Below, in pieces: positions 1-11,613 of a stretch of DNA of 64,000 bases. A program made the translations under genes and the position numbers. The notes under the pieces are model-generated. The model was not told where the DNA came from and searched no databases. It saw nothing but the letters and a program-made list of their open reading frames with translations. Source of the DNA: Azolla caroliniana (lineage: Eukaryota > Plantae > Polypodiophyta). Position 1 is the stretch's first letter, and every line of letters begins with the position of its first letter. The stretch covers positions 14,508,001 through 14,572,000 of the forward strand of contig JBHGNT010000020.1 of assembly GCA_043228905.1 (NCBI GenBank), in the 5' to 3' direction.

Positions 1-245
1 ATTTATGAGAATGATCCATGTACTTTTATTCAAGTTGGACGTAGTAATGTAATTCAATCCAGTGAGTAACTTAATTCAATAGAGTGATTAAATTCACTTT
101 GACTTAGTGATGCTAATACATTGGATCACTATACTGCATTTTATGTTAGACTTTTAATTTTGGTATACTAAGTTACTTTTCCTTCTGAATTTTATGTAAC
201 TCTTCTCATAATTTTGCTATACTAACTTTTTCTTTTGAATTGTAG

Positions 246-1848
246 GTCACTCTTCTCTCTCGTGTGCACCACAAAAACCTTGTTAGATTTGAGGGCTATT
301 GTATCAAGGAATCTCTAGTGTTGGTTTATGAATTTATGTCAAATGGTTCATTGTACGATGCCCTATCGAGTAAGATAATCTACACTTAATTTTCATTTGC
401 CCACATTTTCCCTCAATTGTAAACTACTCCTTTGTCCCTAACAACGTCACATTATTTATTTTATCAATATATTAGGAATCTTTAGGATAGTATTTTACAT
501 CATTGAAAAGAAACTCTAGGGGTGGGTGCATTAAGTTGGTCGTGTTTTTAGAATCTCCCAAAATGAACTCAAGTTGTTGTATCGGAGAAACTATAAGAAT
601 GTATTTATCTCATGATGTAACGTAATTGTTCACTTAAGGGTACCTTTACATTAAAAATATTTGTTTCTTTACTCGTTACAAAAGGAAGAAAAGCAACACA
701 AACTCTAACATGGCTTGAGAGATTACAAATTTTATTTGATGCTGCACAAGGTAAGAAAATCTCCATATTCTATCATTTTTATACCATAATTGCATATTTT
801 GTGCTGAAATGATGATTGTCTTTTTATGTAGGACTTGCGTATCTACACGATGGATGTAATATCATTCATAGAGATGTGAAGAGTAGCAATATTTTATTAT
901 CTAATAATCTAAAAGGAAAGATGTCGGACTTTGGAATATCAAAACTCAAGTCTCTTGATTCAGATAACATAGCAACAAGGGTAGTTGGTACTGTTGGGTA
1001 CATAGATCCACAGTAAGTCTTAGAGCTTATAATCATGACAAGGAAAGAAATATTAATATTATCAATAGAAAATTTGAAAGAAAAAGTTGTAGGTTACGCC
1101 TTAGCTATGGCAAAAGTTTAATCAAGAAGGAGAAGGAGAATAGTTCATATAAAATATTGCTTTAATTGTTCTTTTACGTTTTGTCCTTTCATGTGAGAGG
1201 AAAAACAATGGTTTATTTTACTTGTCTATTTCTTCTAATCTCATAATTTTTATTTCTATTTGCTGTTTTATAGAGGTTGTATATATTTTTTAATGCATTT
1301 AAACTCTAGGAAATCCCCCAAAAGGCCTTAAGTTTTGATGGTTTTTTATGTTTATTTTTATATCATAGGTACGCGTCCACATTCCAATTGACACAGAAGA
1401 TTGATATATATAGCTTTGGGGTGGTTCTCTTGGAATCTTTATGTGGACTACCACACATCTTTAAAGATATGGAAACAGAAAATCGAGATATTCACATTGT
1501 GGAATGGGTATGATAACAAATCATCTAGAAATTACATGATAGTTGGAGGAAAATTTGAAGAAACTTTGTATATGTTCTATTGGTGTATAGGTAAGACCAG
1601 CGTATAAGCAAGGGATTATAGAAAGCATTGTTGACGAACGACTTGAAAAGAATTATAATTTAGCATCCGTATGGAAAGTCGCAGGGATTGCCATGACATG
1701 TGTCCAGTTTGAAGGGGCAAAGAGACCTACAATGAATGTTGTTTGTAATAGCCTAAGTGAAGCCATAGGAATGGAATCTTGTCATGAGCCGTCATCATGC
1801 ACCACCATTGAAATATCATCAAATTATATACTTGAAATAATTTCATGA
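246..1848 (+). CDS. Receptor-like kinase, 3' part (last five kinase exons; 5' part lies upstream of the window)
   Basis: GT-AG exons 246-369, 685-750, 832-1012, 1369-1507 and 1591-1848 splice in frame: [13 protein letters not shown]...[13 protein letters not shown]...SDFG...[10 protein letters not shown]...[11 protein letters not shown]...KRPTM, ending in TGA at 1846-1848. Exon sizes match the intact paralog at 28-29 kb. Confidence 0.9.
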
Positions 1849-3628
1849 TGAATAATGTTCTTAAGTAATGAAGCTTACATGAATGTACATATATGCATAG
1901 CCTATACATAAATATGTTATTTTTTACTTCAAAGTAAGTATTCTTTAGTCATAAAAATCATTATATTTAATATATTGAATTGGGTAAATATTTATTTCAA
2001 AACATTGTTGTGCTTGATTTTCTCAATTCATTAAGCAACTTGATCTATTAAGAATAATTTGTGATCGGGTTGTTGAAGAGGAGTGTATATGATTTCTAGC
2101 CTTTAGTTTTTTTAATATTCTTTAGGTTGGTTCTATTATCTTATCAAGCTTATGTAGGTATTAGATTATATTGGTGAGATGATTTACACAATGTATAGTA
2201 CTTTCATATTGCTCTTTGGCATGTTATATGTAATGTTTAGCAATGAAATATTGTGTTAGATAATAAATTTTCTACATAATTGAAATCATTCTCTAACTCT
2301 TGATTACAAAAGGAAGTAGAATTATTATTATAGTCTACTTTTTCTACCTCCCTTAGTCCAACTCCATCAAGACAATTTTAATCTTTCGAATGAGGGAAGT
2401 TTCATGTCCTTTTTCTAGCCTTTGTTGGAGCTATTCATGTTTCATTAATCATGAGGGGAACTAGGAAGACCAAACCTTCCATCAATAGTTGCAATGCTTT
2501 AATGCCAATGGAGTGCATGGAAAATGAAATAGATCATATCCAAACTAATTCTGACCCTTAGAAAGGTTTTTCTGTCTTCTACACCGTCAAGTCATAGGTA
2601 TGGATCGTGCAAGAGAATGACTCCATCCTATGCAACACAACTTCCCATTCCATCTTCATGTATCTCAAGTCTACATCCACATATAAAGAGGTCATTGAGT
2701 GGATGAATACCTCACGGCATAATCATTCATTCGTTCTCAATACAAAGAGACAATGTTTTCTTCCTTAATATTGATAGAGAAATTATATGAGGATTTCCCT
2801 CAAAATTGTTACACTTTGAACTCCCATGCATTCTGCCCTCCCTTCCCTCCTATGAAACCTTCCCTTGGATCTCCCTTATAAGTTTTTCTAGTTGCATCCT
2901 TCCATTATAGTGAGATTATGCAATGACCCTTACCACTCATCTCATTCTTACTCTTTAATATTGAGACCCATCAAAGGTCTGTTCGTCAATCCTTGCTCTA
3001 TCTTCCTAGATTCTTCTCATACATACATGCACATTCTTCCATTTATCCCTTCCTTTGATATTCCCTTGCATTTGAGCCTCTCTAAATGATTTTTCATCTC
3101 TTAATTGTGTGTTCTTCAAGATTACTACTTGATTGTCATTGTTAGTATAAAGTAATTGAACCTTGTAGACTATACCTCAATGTTAACATGCTTCAATTGA
3201 AGGTTGTCTTCAGTGGTCGCCAACCTTGGTAAAAAGCTAAAAAATACTAATGAATTGGCCATGTAATTTGGATGAATATTTTATCAATGCCCAAGTTTCC
3301 CTCTAAAGGTCTGCAACTTATAAGATGACTTGAAAGACATAATAAGCTACAACCAACAAACTAATTGGATTGGACCCATTCTGGATTGAGTAAGGGTTTC
3401 AACACCACCCTACGTTTTCAGGCCGAGAATAATATATAAGTGACACTTAGAGGATGAGGTGGAGGCGAGGATGCATGGCGAAAAGAAGAAATATGGTCGA
3501 AATTAGGGTTTCAACTGAAATTAGGGTTTAAAAAAAAACAAGATCCTAAATGCATAACATGCAAGAATCATTTCGTTGGAATTTGACAAAACAAAGTAAA
3601 AATATATAAATGAAAAGAAATCAAATAC

Positions 3629-4489
3629 TTCGTTGAGAAATTCTTGTGGCCCTTGTTGTGAAGTGTTCGATAGAACTTTAACGCCTACATCTAGACCATT
3701 TGGGAGGTTTCCCTTATATACTAAGCCAAAGCCACCCTCACCAAGGATCTTTGAGAAATTATTTGTTGAAATTTGGATATCTTGATAAGTGAATTGTTGC
3801 GCAACACTAGTGGCATTTATAAGTTCTTCTTTCTTAACACTAAATGTAGATAAAATCAAATAATCTGTAAGCTTCACTTAAAAATTTGATTGCGAAATAC
3901 ATTTTAAACCATTATGACCATAGAATGAACCATACATATCATATGTGCATTCGTATTCACGAATGATTCAATCAAACGTGTATGGTAAATCATCTCAAAG
4001 TTGGATTAGATTGACAAGTTTAATTGGATTGACTATGTCTATATTATGAGCTAAATTTGTAATGAAAACAAATGAAAAAAAGAAAAAAAAGGAGCACGCA
4101 TTTTTCCCTTTTTTAAATGTGTTTGTTTTCAAACGTTTGAATGCTTACACGAACACGAATATTATGTTATATGATTATAAATTTATAAGTATATTAAACC
4201 TAAATATAGACATTTGTATAAATAAAACTTGAGTGTGAATGAACAACCATACCACTAACGACAATTAAACAACATACCTTTAGGATCAAATGAGTCCCGT
4301 GTATGATTCTTTCTCCATCTAAAGGTGCATAGAATTATTATTATTATAATCATAATGAAACATAGTATTGCCCCAACACTTCCTCCAATAATGTAATGAA
4401 TATGTTTGTGATACTCATGGAATAAGGTTGACAAACTTCCGCAAGTAGAATTACTAGTACCACAATGAAGGTTACTATTTCCTTCAAAC
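3629..4489 (-). pseudogene. Orphan RLK fragment: transmembrane exon (4489-4278) and first kinase exon (~3839-3629)
   Basis: Near-identical to exons 8-9 of the gene at 27991-38036 ([16 protein letters not shown]...VGVKVLS...EFLNE). The downstream kinase exons and upstream LRR exons are missing. Confidence 0.85.
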
Positions 4490-5938
4490 CTGTAAATTCA
4501 AAATTTCAAACATGTTCATGCATTTCCTTTTTAACTATAATAAAATGGTATGACTTCATACAATTGATATACAATAAAGTATGCTTGCTAGTTTTTTCAA
4601 TCTATGCATATTTCATATATAATCCACAAATTCATATAAGAAGATTAACACTAGTAAAAACTTGTGTATTATGCAATATAATTCCAAATACTTTGACTTT
4701 TATATGATTTTGCATGTTAAACAATATTATTGAGTTCTTGAGTTTATACTCATAACCATTGGTTATCTTCTCGTCCTAGAATGATTGTTTGTACCTCGTA
4801 ATTATGACTGCAGAAAGAGCTAACATACTTGCACATGTTAGCACTTAAACATCTAACTATTCGTACTAATTGTAGGACAATAATCTAGCACTTAGATATC
4901 ACCATACTATACTGATCATACACCATATTATATCCTTCCCACGTGAGCGCTCACGTACTCGATGAGAATAAACATTTATCTTTTCCCTTGTGGCTTGCAT
5001 GCATGGGTTTTATAGTTGAAAGGTAAACAAACTACAACCAATGTATATGAATGGCTTTTGTATCTAAAAGGGAATCAAACTACAAGCAATTTGTATTTAC
5101 TTCTATCTTGAAAGAATGTGATGGATGGTACGGTTAGTTCCAAAACACTAAGGGAGAGGGTTGTTGTGTGAGGAGAAAGAAAGTAGAAAAAACTATGTTA
5201 AGGAAACCCTAGCCACTAAAAGTGACTTTTAGGTCATGTTGGCAATGTTCATGTTCACATACTACGAGTGCCTAAAAATAATACCCCTCAAATTGGGCTT
5301 TCACATGGAAGTGTCAAAATATACTAAAACAAGAGAGTCCTTTGGGCCTTTATCCCCAAGATATCCTACCCTAATTAATGTTTAAAATATTGGATCTCCC
5401 TAAAGGGAGGGGTTTCTTTCCAACCACAACTCCCGACTCACTACTCCTTTATATCCATGTACATATTTGCAAGAGTGACCTTGGCCAACATACGCAAGTT
5501 CTTTCCAAATGGCAAAAAATAATTCCTTGGTTCTTTTCAAGTAGTGTTTAAGTTGGTTCTTTTCAAGTAGCGTTTAAGTAGTGTTCAAGTTCTTTCCAAA
5601 TGTGGACAGACGACTCACCTCGTCTGTCCACAACTGATGTGCCCTACATTTCATTAGCATGTATTTTGGTCGAGGAAATTGTAGGTGCCTATTCATGTTG
5701 CCATCAATGAATGTTGGACACTACAAAACACCACCTTGTCCTTTGAATAAGCTATTCGGGTATTATATAATATTTTCTTAGAAGTTATGACACTGATTTC
5801 TTCTAGATTGTTTTGACAACCCCAATTAAAATGAGTAAAAAGGGAGGTTGTACGTACCATGTATAAACATGTGGACAAAAGAAGTGTGAAAGGTTGGAAT
5901 AAGATATCAAGGAGCATAAATCATGCAAATACACTAGC

Positions 5939-6374
5939 TGTCATGATATGGCAAGACTCGAACCCATGACCTTAGGTTATATGGGTCGAGCTCTTGACCA
6001 TTAGACCATCTATTGTAATACGTAGGATATTATTTTCATTTACATTTTATTATAGGAAATTAGTGTATATTCCAGATTTCTCTGGAACATTCTAGAAGCT
6101 TCAGGATTACTCCTGAAAACACTATAAAAGAGGGCACTAGGCATTATGTTGAACCAAATTGGTTCAACGCCAGTCTTAAGCCTTTTAGCCACCGTTGTAT
6201 ATTCTCTTCATATAATAAATATCTTTCTTATCATCACTCTCACTCTCTCTCTCTCTCTCTCTTTCTCTCTGTCTCGCTCACTTCTTCCTTCTCTCGAAGA
6301 AGTTCCACACCTCTCATAGTACTAATCCTTCGTTTAGTACTAATTCCTTCTCTGTCTCAGTACTGTTCATGACA
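5939..6374 (+). repeat. 5' LTR of Tcn1-like element
   Basis: Direct repeat of 11176-11613; TATAAAAG at 6123; (CT)n tract. Confidence 0.95.
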
Positions 6375-6376
6375 GT

Positions 6377-6388
6377 TTGAACCAATTT
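6377..6388 (+). promoter_or_regulatory. Self-priming PBS
   Basis: TTGAACCAATTT is complementary to LTR 6156-6167 (AAATTGGTTCAA), which lies 33 nt downstream of the TATA box. No tRNA-type TGG start. Confidence 0.8.
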
Positions 6389-6447
6389 TCCTACCTTCTG
6401 TCTCTCTCATTTCCTACTAATCTTTTATTCCTCTTTTCTTTCATCCC

Positions 6448-7599
6448 ATGGCCACTGTTAGCGCTGAAGAATATCAATCTGTTTTCTCGGAATTCCAATG
6501 TTTGAAGGAGAAGTTCCATGCTTTGGAACAAGAAAACCAACGGTTGCTGGGGGATCTTCAGCAAATCTCCTTAGAAAAGCAGCAAACGCAACAACAACAT
6601 GGGGAACTTGCGTTACGCGTGCAACAACTCGAAGCCACCATCGTAGCGATGCAACAACATGGGCCCGGAACACAAGGGATTCATAAAGAACCTAAGATTG
6701 GCCTTCCCACGAAGTTCGATGGAACGCGATCGCAGTTTAGAGGGTTCCTTAACCAGGTACGATTAGTTATTCAAATGCATCCTTCCCGATATCCCACCGA
6801 TGCATCACGAGTGGGTTTAGTAGGCACTTTGTTAAGTGGCTCAGCCTTGTCATGGTTCGCTCCACTATTAGAAAAGGAATCTCCGTTACTCAACAATTTT
6901 GAAGAGTTTCTAGGTGAGTTTAAAGCATGTTTCGGAGATACTGACAGCATCAGGACCGCAATCAACAAAATCCGGCGATTACGCCAAGGTGACCGTCCAG
7001 CCTCCGCATACGCTGCAGATTTTCGCCTACTCGCCGCCGATATCCCTTGGGATGATCAAGCGTTGATGGAGCAATTCCGTTATGGTTTACGCAACGACGT
7101 CAAGGATTTACTCTTGACCTTCCCCGAAGAGCCAAAGTCCTTAACAGAAGCAATCAGTCGCGCGGTGAGATGTGACAACCGCCTCTTTGAGCGACGTTCG
7201 GAACGACAACTACAAATGCCGAGGGCAAGATCAGAGCCCACCTACGCCTCAGTGGTAGCAAGACCTTTTCCGAGGGAGTCATATAATGCGTCTCCAGCGA
7301 ATACTCCGACTCCGATGGAGATTGACACTACACGTCGTCGAGGGCCATTATCCGAAGAAGAAAAGCAGCGACGCCGTACAAATCGACTATGTCTTTACTG
7401 CGGTGGACCAGGACATATCGCAATAAATTGCCCCCATAGGCCAAGAAGACAGGTAAACCAAATAGTCGCTAGTTCTAATTGTACTAAATCCGAGCCTATT
7501 TCAGTAGGGATATCTGATAGTCCTAATAGTACTAATATCCCAGATCTAGCAAACAAATTTGATGTCCTTAGTCAGTTAGAAGAAGAGTTAAACGACTAA
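6448..7599 (+). CDS. gag: Gag (coiled coil, capsid, CCHC zinc knuckle)
   Basis: 383-aa ORF with PTKFDGTRSQFRGFL, LRQG, PMEID and CLYCGGPGHIAINC motifs. Confidence 0.95.
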   Translation: MATVSAEEYQSVFSEFQCLKEKFHALEQENQRLLGDLQQISLEKQQTQQQHGELALRVQQLEATIVAMQQHGPGTQGIHKEPKIGLPTKFDGTRSQFRGFLNQVRLVIQMHPSRYPTDASRVGLVGTLLSGSALSWFAPLLEKESPLLNNFEEFLGEFKACFGDTDSIRTAINKIRRLRQGDRPASAYAADFRLLAADIPWDDQALMEQFRYGLRNDVKDLLLTFPEEPKSLTEAISRAVRCDNRLFERRSERQLQMPRARSEPTYASVVARPFPRESYNASPANTPTPMEIDTTRRRGPLSEEEKQRRRTNRLCLYCGGPGHIAINCPHRPRRQVNQIVASSNCTKSEPISVGISDSPNSTNIPDLANKFDVLSQLEEELND

Positions 7600-10500
7600 G
7601 TCCAGCCAAAATAGGAGCCGTTTGGTTGGACAGCCCTAGATCTGTGCAGCCCATTAGTGGTTCCATTCCCTCTAAGCAAGTTAGTGATGTGTTCGTAGCC
7701 CAAGTAATAGTTAGTACTAAAAGTACCCCTCCAGTACATGTCCTAGCACTCCTAGATTCCGGAGCTAACTCTTGCTTTATGGATAAGAAATTTGCTCAAG
7801 CTCATAAGATATCTCTAAGAAAACTCCAGTGTCCAGCCTCTGTAGTAGTCATTGATGGACGTCCCATTGCTTCCGGAAATATCCTAGAAGAGTCAGAGCC
7901 CATTAATATTGTTCTAGATAACTTAGTATGTGTAGTATCATTTAATATTATTAGTATCCCAGAACATCCTATAGTTTTAGGACTACCGTGGTTCGAGTTA
8001 CATAACCCTGACATAGATTGGAGAACAAGAGAAATCCGGTGTCGACAAACCCAAGGGTCAACTCAGAAGATGGCAACCATTTCGCTACGTCAGTTGCGTA
8101 AAGAAGGGCACAAGGAGGAAATGTTCCTCTTTGCAATATCAGTAAACCCCTCCAACACCACTAAAGAAGAATCCACCGTTCAACTTCCCGAGAAGTATCG
8201 CCATTACACCGATGTGTTCGATAAAGTACAAGCCAACACACTTCCTCATCATCGACCGTACGATTGCCCCATCGATTTACAACCGGGAAAAGAGCCGCCA
8301 TGGGGACCGATCTACAATTTGTCACCAACCGAGCTGGAAGTCCTTCGGGCCTATATAGAGGAGAATTTGGAAAATGGTTTCATTCGGCATTCGAAATCTC
8401 CAGCCGGTGCGCCCATTTTCTTCGTCAAGAAAAAAGATGGATCGCTTCGTCTCGTTGTAGATTACCGTGGCTTGAATAAGGTTACAATCAGGAATAGGTA
8501 TGCTCTTCCCCTTATCTCAAGTCTTTTAGAACGGATCAATGGTGCCAGGTTATTCACGAAGATCGACTTACGGGGAGCATATAACCTCGTACGGATCCGA
8601 CCAGGAGACGAATGGAAGACCGCATTTCGCACCAGATATGGGCACTTCGAGTATACTGTCATGCCGTTCGGCCTCACTAATGCGCCGGCAGTCTTCCAGC
8701 ACATGGCTAATGATATATTCCGAGATCTATTGGATGATTGTTTGATCATCTATTTGGATGATCTACTGGTTTATTCAAAGACCCAAGAAGAACATGATTC
8801 TCATGTACTATTAGTACTAAAACGACTTCGAGAACATGGTCTGTATGCAAAGCTAGAAAAATGTAGTTTCGGGTGCAACCAAGTGGAATTTCTCGGCTAC
8901 ATCATTTCGTCAGAAGGCATCTCCATGGACCCAGCTAAGGTCAGAACGGTGGTAGAATGGCAGACTCCGCGTTCGGTACGGGATGTGCAATGCTTCTTAG
9001 GCTTTGCCAATTTTTATCGGAAGTTCATACAGGATTACTCAAAGATCGTTCTACCTCTCACACAACTTACCAGGAAGGGACAACCGTTCATCTGGTCTGA
9101 AGAAACGGACATGGCTTTCGAGAGTCTTAAAAAAGCATTTACATCGGCTCCAATTCTAGCTCATGTCGATCCGGAGAAACCATTCATCATCGAAGCTGAC
9201 GCATCGGATTTTGCATTGGGGAGCATTCTGTCACAACAGGGGAATGATGAAAAGCTACATCCTGTGGCTTTTCACTCACGCAAGTTTGATGCTGCCGAAA
9301 TCAACTACGAAATCCATGATAAGGAGCTATTGGCAATAGTGGATTCTTTTATGCAATGGAGGCATTTTCTGGAGGGATCCTCTCATCCAGTCACCGTATT
9401 TAGTGACCACAAGAATCTTGCCTACTTTCAGGATGCTCGTGTGTTGAATCGACGTCAAGCTCGGTGGGCCCACTTCCTCACGCGTTTCGACTTCAAAATT
9501 ACATATCGTCCGGGGAGGCACCAAGGGAAGGCAGATGCATTATCACGGCGTTCGTATCTAGCACCCCGTCCCGGCGAGCCAGCTTTCGATAACCAAAAAC
9601 AAGTCATCTTGGGACCGGCACGATTACAAGCAACACAAATCTTTGACATGCCTATGGATTCCCGCGTTATCGATACCATACGTGAAGACTTGAAGACAGA
9701 TGCGTTCGCCCAAGCTATACTAGCATAAATTGATCCCTCTCGAGCGTCGTGTTCGCAGTCGCAACCACCAGGTACGGACTATCGGCAATTCAAATACCAT
9801 GATGGATTACTCTTCTTTAAAGAACTTTTGTATGTTCCTAATGGTTCTTGCCGCCTTCGAGTAGTACAAAACTGTCATGACACATATACAGCTGGGCATT
9901 TTGGTAGTACTAAAACATTACATTTAGTACAACGATCATTCTGGTGGCCCTGTATGCGACAATTTGTCGAGGATTTTGTTCGGACTTGTGATACATGTTG
10001 CAGAGCGAAAATGCCAAGGCATCATCCATATGGTTTATTAGAACCATTATCAATTCCAAGCAAGCCGTGGCAATCCATTGCTCTAGACTTCATCACAGAT
10101 CTTCCAGTCTCTAAAGGGTTCAATGCGATTCTAACAGTGGTCGATCGATATACGAAGATGGCTCATTTCTTGCCATGTACTAAGGAGATCTCCAGTGAAG
10201 ACACTGCCGAAATTGTCATGCGTGAAGTATGTCGGCATCATGGACTCCCCGATAGTATCATCAGCGACCGTGGACCCCAGTTCGTGTCAAAATTCTGGAA
10301 GCACCTTTTTAACATGCTCAAGGTCACTTGTAACCTCTCTTCCGGCTACCACCCACAAACTGACGGCCAAGCTGAACGAACAAATCAAACGTTGGAGCAG
10401 TATCTGCGGTGCTTTCTCAGCTATCATCAGGACGACTGGGCAGATATTCTCCACTTCGCCGAATTTGCCTATAACAACTCTATCCACGCATCCACTAAAG

Positions 10501-11183
10501 TTACGCCATTTTATGCTTATACGGGATGTCACCCCCGGTGGAGTGTACTTGAAACCCCAGAGGTGTCCACAAATCCGTGCGCGGAGGATCGTTTGGAGCG
10601 GTTACGCAAGATACAAGCGGATTTATCTACTCATCTCCAGCAAGCTCAACAAACACACAAGGTCTACGCGGATCGTCATCGACTTCCATCTAGTTTTAAT
10701 ATTGGAGATCGGGTGTGGTTGCTACGACGACACATCAAGACTACTCGCCCATGTGAGAAGTTGGATTATCGGCGATTAGGTCCTTTCCGTATTATTGGAA
10801 AGATTAATGACGTTGCTTTTCGTCTCGATCTACCTCCTCAACTCCGGATACATCCGGTGTTTCATAGTTCTCTCTTCGAACCCTACCACGAGAGCACCAT
10901 CCCAGAACGTCTTATCCAACCTCCACCCCCGATCGAGCTTGAAGATGGGCCGGAGTACGAGGTTGCCGCCATTCTTGATTCCAAGATTGTTCGCAACAAG
11001 CTCTACTATCTAGTCGATTGGCTAGGGTATAGTCCCAGCGAACGTACTTGGGAACCGATCGAGAATGTAACCAATGCTCGTGCTCTTCTTGAAGACTTCC
11101 ATCGTCAATATCCACACAAACCGGGCCCTCAATCCAAGACGACTCGTGACACTCGTCGTTTTAAAGGGGGGATAGTGTCATGA
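7572..11183 (+). CDS. pol: Pol (PR-RT-RH-INT-chromodomain) with one premature stop at 9726-9728
   Basis: Motifs LLDSGA, YLDD, EADASD, HHCC/DDE integrase and YEVAAILD...YLVDWLGY...TWEP. ORFs 7626-9728 and 9828-11183 are in the same frame, separated only by one TAA. The frame opens at 7572 and is -1 relative to gag. Confidence 0.92.
7587..7639 (+). promoter_or_regulatory. Putative -1 ribosomal frameshift signal (G_TTA_AAC plus stem-loop/pseudoknot)
   Basis: The heptamer lies in the gag/pol overlap, followed by a 6-nt spacer and an 11-bp stem GTCCAGCCAAA/TTTGGTTGGAC. Heptamer and structure are identical in the diverged copy at 57261-57313. Confidence 0.75.
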
Positions 11184-11470
11184 TATGGCAAGACTCGAAC
11201 CCATGACCTTAGGTTATATGGGTCGAGCTCTTGACCATTAGACCATCTATTGTAATACGTAGGATATTATTTTCATTTACATTTTATTATAGGAAATTAG
11301 TGTATATTCCAGATTTCTCTGGAACATTCTAGAAGCTTCAGGATTACTCCTGAAAACACTATAAAAGAGGGCACTAGGCATTATGTTGAACCAAATTGGT
11401 TCAACGCCAGTCTTAAGCCTTTTAGCCACCGTTGTATATTCTCTTCATATAATAAATATCTTTCTTATCA

Positions 11471-11509
<39 letters not shown>

Positions 11510-11613
11510 GTCTCGCTCACTTCTTCCTTCTCTCGAAGAAGTTCCACACCTCTCATAGTACTAATCCTTCGTTTAGTACTAATTCCTTCTCGGTCTCAGT
11601 ACTGTTCATGACA
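11176..11613 (+). repeat. 3' LTR of Tcn1-like element
   Basis: Follows the PPT and is followed by TSD CTAGC. Confidence 0.95.

Larger units (their letters stand above)
5939..11613 (+). mobile_element. Full-length young Ty3/gypsy chromovirus (Tcn1 / Tf1-sushi-like)
   Basis: LTRs 5939-6374 and 11176-11613 (TGTCATGA...TCATGACA) are nearly identical. TSD CTAGC at 5934-5938 and 11614-11618. PPT AAAGGGGGGATAG at 11163-11175. Domain order gag, PR, RT, RH, INT, chromodomain. Confidence 0.97.

Noticed and set aside
5939-6012. Functional tRNA gene
   Set aside because: Acceptor, anticodon and T stems do not pair properly; only the A/B-box-like motifs remain.
9726-9728. Programmed stop read-through in pol
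   Set aside because: The second copy has a sense codon (His) here; a simple nonsense mutation is more likely.
10195-10779. 194-aa alternative-frame ORF and similar antisense ORFs in TE pol genes
   Set aside because: Shadow frames of integrase/RT with no recognisable motifs.
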